NCBI GenBank assembly: GCA_003130875.1
Contig: QEXY01000108.1
Span: 3,806 to 67,805, forward strand
From: Ardenticatenia bacterium
GTDB taxonomy: Bacteria > Chloroflexota > Anaerolineae > 4572-78 > NAK82
Length of the DNA: 64,000 nucleotides
Direction of reading: 5' to 3'
A program made the translations under genes and the position numbers. This document shows positions 18,497-25,750 of this stretch, piece after piece. Each line of letters begins with the position of its first letter. Positions within the stretch are counted from its first letter, which is position 1. The notes under the pieces are model-generated. The model was not told where the DNA came from and did no database searches. It worked only from the letters and a program-made list of their open reading frames with translations.

Positions 18497-20966
18497 GGAA
18501 TCGCGCCCAAGGTGCCCAGAGCACCAGCCAGGCGACTCCATAGGCCGCCGCGCCGGCGAACATCACCATTCGAAAGCCACCGTCGATCGCCAACATCGGC
18601 GCCAACACGGCGCTGACGACCGAGACACTGCCGTTGACCGCCCAGACCCAGGGCAACAGTGCACGCATTTTGGTGCGCACATCCGCCAGACCCTGGGGAA
18701 AGGGCAGCCCCATCAACATCCCCAGCGGCATCAGCATCAGCCCTCCCAAAACCGCCCGCGCGACGAGCGGCAGGGCGATCGCGGCATCGAAAGCGGATGA
18801 CAACAACGCCGGATAGGCCAGACCCAGCCCCACCAGGACGATCATGCCAAGCTGCGGAGGAATGCGCAGGCTGAGATAGCGGCTGCCCAATCCGGAGGCC
18901 AGAAGTAGCGCACTGACAGCCGTGGCAAAGGCATACGCCGGCTGACCGACGTACAGGATAAAACGCTGCAACAGCGGCATCTCGACGCACATGAACCCCA
19001 GCCCCAGCAGCGCAAAATAGACTAGGTAGCGCAACGTGCCACCGCGCTTCTCACCAGCTACATCTCTGGCATCCGTGCGCAACCTGCGGCGCAGAGCACC
19101 CAGCGGCAGCAGGATGAGCGCAGCTGCCAGAATCACCACCAGTCCTAACAACAACACGAACACCAGGTAACCGCTCCCGCCGAACGGCTGCCAGGTCTTG
19201 CCCAGGGCTGCTATGATAGCGGGCGTCTGTTCCCATTTGAAGAAATGAAAGAAGAACGGACGGTCGTCCGTCGGCGGATGCACTGCATAGGGATAAGCGC
19301 GGTAGAAGGCGGCCTCGTCCGACGCGAACAACAGGCGCACGAACGCCTTGAAGTGAGGCGCATCGGGGATGACGTTGAAACGGTTGATGCCCGCCTCGGC
19401 CAGCTGTGCATCCGAAAGGGCGAGCAAGGTATCCGGCACAGTGGTCCTGGCCGCTAGATCGGGCGTCCAGAGCAGGTCGTATTGCCGTTGCACGGCGAAT
19501 GTCTTGGCCGTTGCCTGCTCGGCAGCGCGCAGCGGAGATCTGGACACCAGGATCAGCGAGGTCTGCAAACTGCGCAAGGCAAGGAGATGGTCCGGCGGAT
19601 GAGCGACGCCGCTGCGGCGCAAGGCGTCCACGGCCAGCGCCCACAAGCGCAAGCTCTCCGAAGGGGGCAATTGCAGCCAACGCTCCGCCACCAACAGGCC
19701 ATCCACCGATAAATGCGCCCACATCTCCTGGAACGCCTCGACGGTGTAACGATATTCCTCGTTCAGCGCGTATGCCCCAGCCGTCACCGGTCGGAAGCTG
19801 TCCACCAGAGGCAGGACAACCAGGTCGTAGGTGTGTGAGTCACGGCGCAGAAAGCTGCGCACATCCTCGAGCACCAGCTGGACGCGCGGATCGTACCCAT
19901 AGCTGTCGCCCCATGTGCGCACTACCTCGGCAACGGCCGGGTTGCTCTGCACCACGGTGACGCGCCGGACAGCGTGGTGCAAAGCGGTCAAAACGGGCAG
20001 CCAACCGCCCGGTTCCACGATGAGCACTTCTGCCTGCGGGCGCAGCTGATAGGCCAACGCGGCGGGGAGATAGGCGGTGAAGGTAGCAGCTTCGGCAGAG
20101 GTGCGGTAGATGGGCATCAGGTTCTGGCCATCCACCACCACCGCGACGCGCGGCGGCAAAGGCTCGCGAAAGGCCATGCTCAGACCCGGCGCCGAATGGA
20201 TCGAGTCCCCGCCGACCACATCCACGCGCGAGAAGGCATTCCACGTCTGCGCCATCACCCGTGTGTCCGGGAAGAGGAGCACCTGGCTCAAAGCTTGATA
20301 GGGGTTCAGGCGGACGTCGATAAGGGGCAGCGGCAATGCCAACAGCGCGCCACAGAGCACGATCAGCAACGCCGTCGGGATATGCCGCCAGCGCCAGGCT
20401 TCCTCAGGACGACACGCTCCCTGGAACAGCCAGAAGGCGACGCAACCGGCCAAGGCGAGCACCAGCGCGGCGCGCGGCCCACCCAACAACGCCAATGCCG
20501 CCAGCGCCAACGGCGAGCCAACCGCCGAACCGAGTAGATTGGCCGCGTACAGGCGATGGGCATGTTCGGGCCAGGCCACCAGCGCACTGCCGACCGCCAG
20601 CCCGCTGAAGAAAAAGGGCACGGTGAGCACCACGTACTGGAGCGCCAGCCAGCCGATTTGCACCGGTTCCCGCACGATGCGATACATGTCGAAGGGAATG
20701 GCGTTCACCAACAGATAGCTGGCCGGCACCGCCAGAGCGAACAGGCAAGCGGAAGCTGTCAGATAACGCGTGGCATCCCCGCGCGGAGGTCTCAAGGAGA
20801 GAAACGTACCGCTGGCGCCGCCGCCCAACAGCGCCAAGCTGATCGCCATAAACGCAAAATGATGCCCCTGCGCCAGGGCGAACAGTCGCGTCAGAACCAC
20901 CTGGAAGGCCAGCGGTGCCGCCGACAGGACGAACAAGCCGGCATAGAGGTGGAGAGGGCATCTCAT
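18450..20966 (-). CDS. Spermidine-synthase-like (class I MTase fold) domain flanked by polytopic membrane domains
   Basis: About 8 N-terminal and about 5 C-terminal TM segments surround VLIVEPGGW..VTVVQSNP..VLEDVRSFL..YDLVVLP. Start at ATG 20964-20966. Convergent 47-nt overlap with pcm. Confidence 0.7.
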   Translation of the reverse strand: MRCPLHLYAGLFVLSAAPLAFQVVLTRLFALAQGHHFAFMAISLALLGGGASGTFLSLRPPRGDATRYLTASACLFALAVPASYLLVNAIPFDMYRIVREPVQIGWLALQYVVLTVPFFFSGLAVGSALVAWPEHAHRLYAANLLGSAVGSPLALAALALLGGPRAALVLALAGCVAFWLFQGACRPEEAWRWRHIPTALLIVLCGALLALPLPLIDVRLNPYQALSQVLLFPDTRVMAQTWNAFSRVDVVGGDSIHSAPGLSMAFREPLPPRVAVVVDGQNLMPIYRTSAEAATFTAYLPAALAYQLRPQAEVLIVEPGGWLPVLTALHHAVRRVTVVQSNPAVAEVVRTWGDSYGYDPRVQLVLEDVRSFLRRDSHTYDLVVLPLVDSFRPVTAGAYALNEEYRYTVEAFQEMWAHLSVDGLLVAERWLQLPPSESLRLWALAVDALRRSGVAHPPDHLLALRSLQTSLILVSRSPLRAAEQATAKTFAVQRQYDLLWTPDLAARTTVPDTLLALSDAQLAEAGINRFNVIPDAPHFKAFVRLLFASDEAAFYRAYPYAVHPPTDDRPFFFHFFKWEQTPAIIAALGKTWQPFGGSGYLVFVLLLGLVVILAAALILLPLGALRRRLRTDARDVAGEKRGGTLRYLVYFALLGLGFMCVEMPLLQRFILYVGQPAYAFATAVSALLLASGLGSRYLSLRIPPQLGMIVLVGLGLAYPALLSSAFDAAIALPLVARAVLGGLMLMPLGMLMGLPFPQGLADVRTKMRALLPWVWAVNGSVSVVSAVLAPMLAIDGGFRMVMFAGAAAYGVAWLVLWAPWARFPIPAVSEGRRTHRPS

Positions 20967-21283
20967 CGCTGTGCGCTCACCCATCTGCCTTGCGCAGCCT
21001 TGCAAAGCTGGACGGATATGGCGGGTGTCGCCCGTCCAGCAAAATACCCGATGCTATCATACACTTCCCGAGCAGGCGGTGCAACCGGGGTGTATTTCAA
21101 ATTTGGGGGCGGGTTGAGCGGTAACCCAGAGTCACGAGGGTTGTCCGGGCCGCGACCGTCGGGCAGCGCTGCAGGGGCGATCGGATGATTGTCCCCACAA
21201 CCCTCCTCAAAAGTGAAAGGCACGCGTGCAACCAGCCGCGTGCGTTTTACACCTGCACGGTCTCCGCTATAATCGTTCTCGAT

Positions 21284-22411
21284 ATGCGCCCTCGAGAACG
21301 GAAAGCGCTGCATCGCACCTACACCGATCCTGGAGAGCACTCTGAGAAGGATGTTCGCGTGTCCATCATCACCGAGCGCGCTGTGTGGCAAGAGTTCGTC
21401 GCGCGCCATCCCGCCGGGCATCTGCTGCAAACCTGGGATTGGGGCGAGCTCAAGGCACGCTTCGGCTGGCACGCCATCCGCATCGCATTGACGGATGAGA
21501 CGGGCAGTCCATCCGCCGGCGCCCAGGTGTTGCTGCATCCATTACCGGTACCGGGCGGACGTGCTCTTGCGTACGTCCCCAAAGGCCCGCTGGTGGACTG
21601 GCACGATCCGATCCAAGCCGGACGCCTGCTCGACGCGATTCATCCGCTGTGTCGCGCCCAACGGTGCATCTTCCTCAAGATCGAGCCACCAGCGGAAGAC
21701 GACGCGGCCCTGTGTGCGGCCATCGCGCAGTATGGCTTCCGGCCCTATGCGCCGACCGTACAGCCACCGCGCACCATCCTCATCGACCTGAGCTTCTCCG
21801 AGGAAGCCATCCTGGCAAGGATGAAACAAAAGACACGCTATAACATCCGCCTGGCAGCGCGCAAAGGGGTGCGAGTATACGAGGGGCATGCCGACCATGT
21901 GGCAGTGTTCTATCAGCTGCTGGAGGACACCAGTCGGCGCGACCATTTCGCCATTCACCATTTTGACTACTACCGCACCGCGTACGAGCTCTTCGCGCCG
22001 CACCATGCGGCGCTCCTGTTGGCCGAGGTGGCAGGTGAGGTGGTCGCCGGCCTGATGGTGTTCACCTATGGGCGGACGGCCTACTACCTCTTCGGCGCCT
22101 CAAACGATCGGCATCGCGAGCACATGCCCACCTACCTGCTCCAGTGGGAGGCGATGCGCTGGGCACGCGCACGCGGCTGCACCGCGTACGATCTGTGGGG
22201 CATACCGGATGCAGAAGAAGAGACGCTGGAAAGTCATCTCGCCCACGCGGATCGCCGCACTGGGGAACTATGGGGGGTCTATCGCTTCAAACGCGGTTTT
22301 GGTGGCCAGGTGGTGCGCAGTGTGGGCGCTTTTGATTACGTCTATAATCCCTTGCTCTATCGCCTCTATCGCTGGTGGCAAGTGTTGCGGCGCCGCGCGT
22401 ATACAGGATGA
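21284..22411 (+). CDS. FemAB-family peptidoglycan bridge-forming aminoacyltransferase, paralogue 1
   Basis: HLLQTWDWGELK..AYVPKGP..MKQKTRYNIRLA..YYLFGASND..MPTYLLQWEAMRWA..YDLWG. The start is uncertain: ATG 21284 was chosen, and a later GTG is possible. Confidence 0.75.
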   Translation: MRPRERKALHRTYTDPGEHSEKDVRVSIITERAVWQEFVARHPAGHLLQTWDWGELKARFGWHAIRIALTDETGSPSAGAQVLLHPLPVPGGRALAYVPKGPLVDWHDPIQAGRLLDAIHPLCRAQRCIFLKIEPPAEDDAALCAAIAQYGFRPYAPTVQPPRTILIDLSFSEEAILARMKQKTRYNIRLAARKGVRVYEGHADHVAVFYQLLEDTSRRDHFAIHHFDYYRTAYELFAPHHAALLLAEVAGEVVAGLMVFTYGRTAYYLFGASNDRHREHMPTYLLQWEAMRWARARGCTAYDLWGIPDAEEETLESHLAHADRRTGELWGVYRFKRGFGGQVVRSVGAFDYVYNPLLYRLYRWWQVLRRRAYTG

Positions 22412-23511
22412 ACCCGATGGCAAACGGTCAGACCAGCTGTCAAGTCATACCGGTCGCGGACCGGGAGGCATGGGATTCTGCCCTGTTGCAACTCCCCCGC
22501 CCACATGTGCTCCAGACATGGGATTGGGGGGCGTTCAAAGAGCGTTGGGGATGGCAAGCCACGCGCTGGCTCTGGCTACAGGCGGGCCGGCCGGTGGCGG
22601 CAGCCCAGCTGTTAAGGCGTCGCCTGGGGCGCATGCCCCTCTCGATCGTCTATGTGCCCAAGGGTCCTTTGTTCGACATCGCCGAATTGGCCTTGTGGCA
22701 GGCCGTGCTCGCCGCGCTGGAGGCCGAGGCACGTCGCGGCGTGCTTTTCGTCAAGATCGACCCCGACGTGCCGCTCAACGCCGCAGATGAGGGTATGGCA
22801 ACGCCGCCGGACATCACTGCCATCCGCGACCTGCTCCGACGGCGCGGCTGGCGTCTTTCCGCCGAGCAGATCCAGTTCAAGAACACGGTGCTGCTCGACC
22901 TCACCGCCGACGAGGAGACCCTGCTGGCGCGCATGAAACCCAAGACACGCTACAACATCCGCCTCGCCGCGCGGCGCGGTGTCGCGGTACGCCCAGGAGG
23001 ATCGGAAGACCTGGCCGCCTTCTATCATCTCTATCGTATCACGGCACAGCGTGATGGATTCATCATCCGGCCGTTCGCCTATTATCGCGACGTGTGGTCG
23101 CAGTTCCTCGCCGCCGGGCGCGCCCACCTGTTGCTGGCCGAGCTGGAAGGACAGCCCATCGCCGGACTGCTTATGTTCGTCTTCGGTCACACGGCATGGT
23201 ACATGTACGGCGCTTCGGACAACGCCCATCGCGAGCGGATGCCCAGCCATCTGCTGCAATGGGAGGCGATCCGGCTGGCCAGACGACTGGGATGCACCCG
23301 CTACGACATGTGGGGGGCACCGGACCGGCTGGACGAAAGCGACCCGATGTGGGGCGTTTATCGTTTCAAAGCGGGATTTGGCGGCCAGACGGTACTCGGT
23401 CTGGGCGCCTGCGACTTCACGACCTTCCCAGTCGGGTATTATCTCTACACCGTGGTGATGCCGCGTCTGCTGGCGGTCATGCGCATGACCGCCAGAGCGG
23501 CTGCCGTTTGA
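22408..23511 (+). CDS. FemAB-family peptidoglycan bridge-forming aminoacyltransferase, paralogue 2
   Basis: Same motif set as paralogue 1 (VLQTWDWGAFK..VYVPKGP..MKPKTRYNIRLA..WYMYGASDN..LLQWEAIRLA). ATG 22408 forms an ATGA overlap with the paralogue 1 stop. Confidence 0.8.
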   Translation: MNPMANGQTSCQVIPVADREAWDSALLQLPRPHVLQTWDWGAFKERWGWQATRWLWLQAGRPVAAAQLLRRRLGRMPLSIVYVPKGPLFDIAELALWQAVLAALEAEARRGVLFVKIDPDVPLNAADEGMATPPDITAIRDLLRRRGWRLSAEQIQFKNTVLLDLTADEETLLARMKPKTRYNIRLAARRGVAVRPGGSEDLAAFYHLYRITAQRDGFIIRPFAYYRDVWSQFLAAGRAHLLLAELEGQPIAGLLMFVFGHTAWYMYGASDNAHRERMPSHLLQWEAIRLARRLGCTRYDMWGAPDRLDESDPMWGVYRFKAGFGGQTVLGLGACDFTTFPVGYYLYTVVMPRLLAVMRMTARAAAV

Positions 23512-23555
23512 ACCTCTTTGCACTCACCAACATGACATTGCCTCTCCGAAGCACG

Positions 23556-23931
23556 CTATAGTTTGCTCAGTCGGTCGAGAACCTGCTGTGCCATCTCTAT
23601 ATCGAGCGCGACCATCTTATCCAGTCCGGACATCTCATCATCGTAATCCGCCCTGTTGCGATCGATGCGCAGTCGGTTCAAATAATGACCAATCTGCTGG
23701 CGCGTGACATCGGCGCTTTCGCGGAAGCGATCCCGCACACAGGTATGCACCTGTGCTTGGGGCAGAGGTTCGTTTCCCCGATCACAGGTGATTGCGTGCC
23801 TGACAGAAGGCGGCGTAATAGGCGCGGCTCAGCGCCGAACGCAACCGCGCTTCCTTTCATGCTACGATCATTCCAGTTTGACCACTCAGCTCTTGAGCCA
23901 GCGCAAAATATTCTCCCCAGTCGAAGATCAT
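23556..23931 (-). pseudogene. HEPN-like small protein gene, disrupted by an in-frame TGA and one frameshift
   Basis: Hand translation gives MIFDWGEYFALAQELSGQTGMIVA, then TGA (23857-23859), then KEAARLRSALSRAYYAAFCQARNHL. The frame breaks at about 23782-23786. It then continues as DRGNEPLPQAQVHTCVRDRFRESADVTRQQIGHYLNRLRIDRNRADYDDE...SKL, which is track ORF 23556..23750. Its ATG overlaps the upstream stop (ATGA). Confidence 0.7.
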
Positions 23932-24401
23932 CGATACTCCAGATGGATGCACAGTTTTCCCTGGCTGGAGTGTGCCGCCTGAAACCACCAAGCCCGATCA
24001 AACTGCTCCAGCCGGGCAAGTGCCTCATGTGGTTCGAGATTGGTGCGGATGAAGGCAACCAGCTGCCGCTCGTCGGTCTCTTCCGGGTCATACACCACTT
24101 CCAACACCACTTCGGATGGTCCAAAAAATCGGACGATATAGGAATATGCCTCCTCCAGCAGCGGTAGTAGAAAGGGATACGCTTCCAGAAAGCGGATGAT
24201 TTCCTCTTCGCCTCTCCAGAGATAGTGTTGTCTGAGATGCGCAGCCAGAAGATCGCGTGTGCGTACAATGGAAGGTTCCCACTGGAGCCGCGGCCACAGG
24301 ATTTTTTTGAGCTCGGATGAAACGGCGGGGCCATAGGAAAAGGCAACCTGCGCTGTTCCCAATGCTGCCGGCATTGCCCAGGCAATGGTGCAATCTGTCA
24401 T
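23928..24401 (-). CDS. Hypothetical 157-aa protein, the only intact middle gene of the decayed three-gene operon
   Basis: Start at ATG 24399-24401 (MTDCTIAW...), overlapping the TGA of the reconstructed upstream pseudogene. Its stop overlaps the ATG of the HEPN-like pseudogene. C-terminal half is EEIIRFLEAYPFLLPLLEEA..LEVVYDPEE..FDRAWW. No family recognised. Confidence 0.6.
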   Translation of the reverse strand: MTDCTIAWAMPAALGTAQVAFSYGPAVSSELKKILWPRLQWEPSIVRTRDLLAAHLRQHYLWRGEEEIIRFLEAYPFLLPLLEEAYSYIVRFFGPSEVVLEVVYDPEETDERQLVAFIRTNLEPHEALARLEQFDRAWWFQAAHSSQGKLCIHLEYR

Positions 24402-25149
24402 ACCCCTTCCACCTCCCCAAACCTCTCGCGCAGTCGCTCGGTGATACACGCTTCAAAAGCGGCCTCGATGTGGGCGTGGGGCAATCTGCACCCACTCGAA
24501 GGCGGAATCCAGAGAGACTTGACCGGGTTTTGCCAGAGAACAGTCGAGATCCAGGATAGCAGTGAAGACAGCAGGCCTCTCAGCTGCAGCGCGCGTCAAC
24601 TCCAGTTGGAGCATGTCACGTCCGTGCTCAAAGGGGACCTGAATGCCCAAGATAAACGGGCCATCGTTCTGAAGCAAAGCAGCGCCAACGTGGGGTCGAA
24701 AGGTGAGGTATTCGTCTAACACGACAGGCTCGCCGGGGATCTCAATGCAATTGACATAGCGCAACCCGATACGCTGGATATTCTTCGGGTGTGCCACCGA
24801 GCAGTACGCGTCAAAACCTTTGCGGATCAAGGGCAGGAATTCCTGCCAAGTTGGATAGGGTTTCAGATGGTTGACGGCCAACAGATGGGGCCCCACTTGA
24901 ACAAGCGCGCTCATCCTCGCGGAGGAAGTGCATCAGCTCCCCTGCCGTCACCGTTTGTTCCACTCCGACAGGACTGCCCGTGACGTGCGTGCGGAAGACT
25001 TTCGTCATCCGTTTTTGAGGAAAGGTGTCTCGCAGCTGCTCGTATACCAAGCCAGGGACGGTCAAGTCCCAGGAAGAGGTGGGGTCGAACTGAAACTCGC
25101 ACAGCGCCTCAATCACAGGGGGATTGCGATATTTCCTGCTCACGGGCAA
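24398..25149 (-). pseudogene. TIGR04255-like family gene, disrupted by at least two frameshifts
   Basis: The N-terminal part (M)PVSRKYRNPPVIEALCEFQFDP... lies in the frame of track ORF 24811..25293. The middle part ALVQVGPHLLAVNHLKPYPTW..IGLRYVNCIE.. is track ORF 24453..24914. The C-terminal part ..HAHIEAAFEACITERLRERFGEVEGV lies in a third frame and ends at TGA 24398-24400. Start is TTG 25147-25149 behind AAAGGAGAAG. Confidence 0.65.
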
Positions 25150-25305
25150 ATCTTCTCCTTTTCCTGGATTGACCCCGGTTTCACAACGGAATAACACCAC
25201 AATCAGCGCCCCGTATAGTGCCGCGGACACCGCTGCACCAGCGCTATGTCCACCTAACACACGAGGATATCCTACCACACCCGTACGAAGCAAGGCAAGA
25301 TACCT

Positions 25306-25395
25306 GAGGGTGTTGAAAAAGTCCCTTGACCGCTCAGATTTTCATAGGAAAATGGGCCAATAAAGCGGGTAACTAAAGAGTTTTTCAACACCCTC
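25306..25395 (-). mobile_element. 90-bp MITE-like element, copy 2 (inverted relative to copies 1 and 3)
   Basis: Same 15-bp terminal inverted repeats. The interior is the reverse complement of copy 1 with one mismatch. It is flanked by the perfect 7-bp direct repeat GATACCT (25299-25305 and 25396-25402). Confidence 0.9.
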
Positions 25396-25510
25396 GATAC
25401 CTGATCTCGGAGGCACATTTCGAATCGGGGGCGAACTGAAAACAGCAACCGTCAGGAAGAGCATTCCACAGTTTGCGCACGCAGGACAGTCCGACTTCAC
25501 CCCCCCACAC

Positions 25511-25544
25511 ACAAAAAATCCCGTGGACTGCCATAGTCCACGGG
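25511..25544 (-). terminator. Rho-independent terminator (minus strand)
   Basis: Perfect 10-bp stem CCCGTGGACT / AGTCCACGGG (25520-25544) with a 5-nt loop, followed on the minus strand by ATTTTTTGTGTG. Confidence 0.75.
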
Positions 25545-25606
25545 AGGCACACTTAAAGAGGAGCACGATGGGCGCGGGTTCGTCCCATCACGCTCATCTC
25601 TACGGG
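25512..25606 (-). ncRNA. Candidate ~95-nt small RNA (promoter, two hairpins, U-tract)
   Basis: On the minus strand there is an extended -10 TGcTATAAT (TATAAT at 25613-25618). The first hairpin (25561-25595) has a 12-bp stem with 10 Watson-Crick and 2 G-U pairs on the minus strand only; the same positions are A-C mismatches on the plus strand. A CU-rich linker follows, then the terminator hairpin. The ends are estimates. Confidence 0.45.
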
Positions 25607-25638
25607 ATTCCCATTATAGCACAAAATTGCGACCTTTT

Positions 25639-25682
25639 GGTTTGAATCCGGTTAGAATTTGGTTAGGATTTGGTTTGAATCA
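25639..25682. repeat. Four tandem 11-nt phased direct repeats
   Basis: GGTTTGAATCC / GGTTAGAATTT / GGTTAGGATTT / GGTTTGAATCA, contiguous. They lie between the divergent sRNA-candidate promoter and the promoter of the 25751 gene. Confidence 0.8.
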
Positions 25683-25712
25683 GGGATGCCACACTACGGA
25701 CGCGTGCAACGG

Positions 25713-25740
25713 TTGACTCCGCTCCGGCAACGCTTAGAAT
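25713..25740 (+). promoter_or_regulatory. Putative promoter giving a near-leaderless mRNA for the 25751 gene
   Basis: TTGACT, 16-nt spacer, TAGAAT ending 10 nt before ATG 25751. No Shine-Dalgarno sequence lies in between. Confidence 0.4.
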
Positions 25741-25750
25741 CCTACAGGCA

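Noticed and set aside
23678-24385. 235-aa minus-strand ORF and 160-aa plus-strand ORF (23685..24167) in the AT-richer islet
   Set aside because: The translations are Cys/Trp/Arg/Ser-rich with no motif. The other minus frames give coherent family-like proteins once the stop and frameshift are taken into account.
25342-25566. 74-aa minus-strand ORF
   Set aside because: It runs through the terminator hairpin and into the MITE, so it is implausible as a gene. The 14-codon ATG ORF (MSVMGRTRAHRAPL) inside the sRNA candidate also lacks a convincing RBS.
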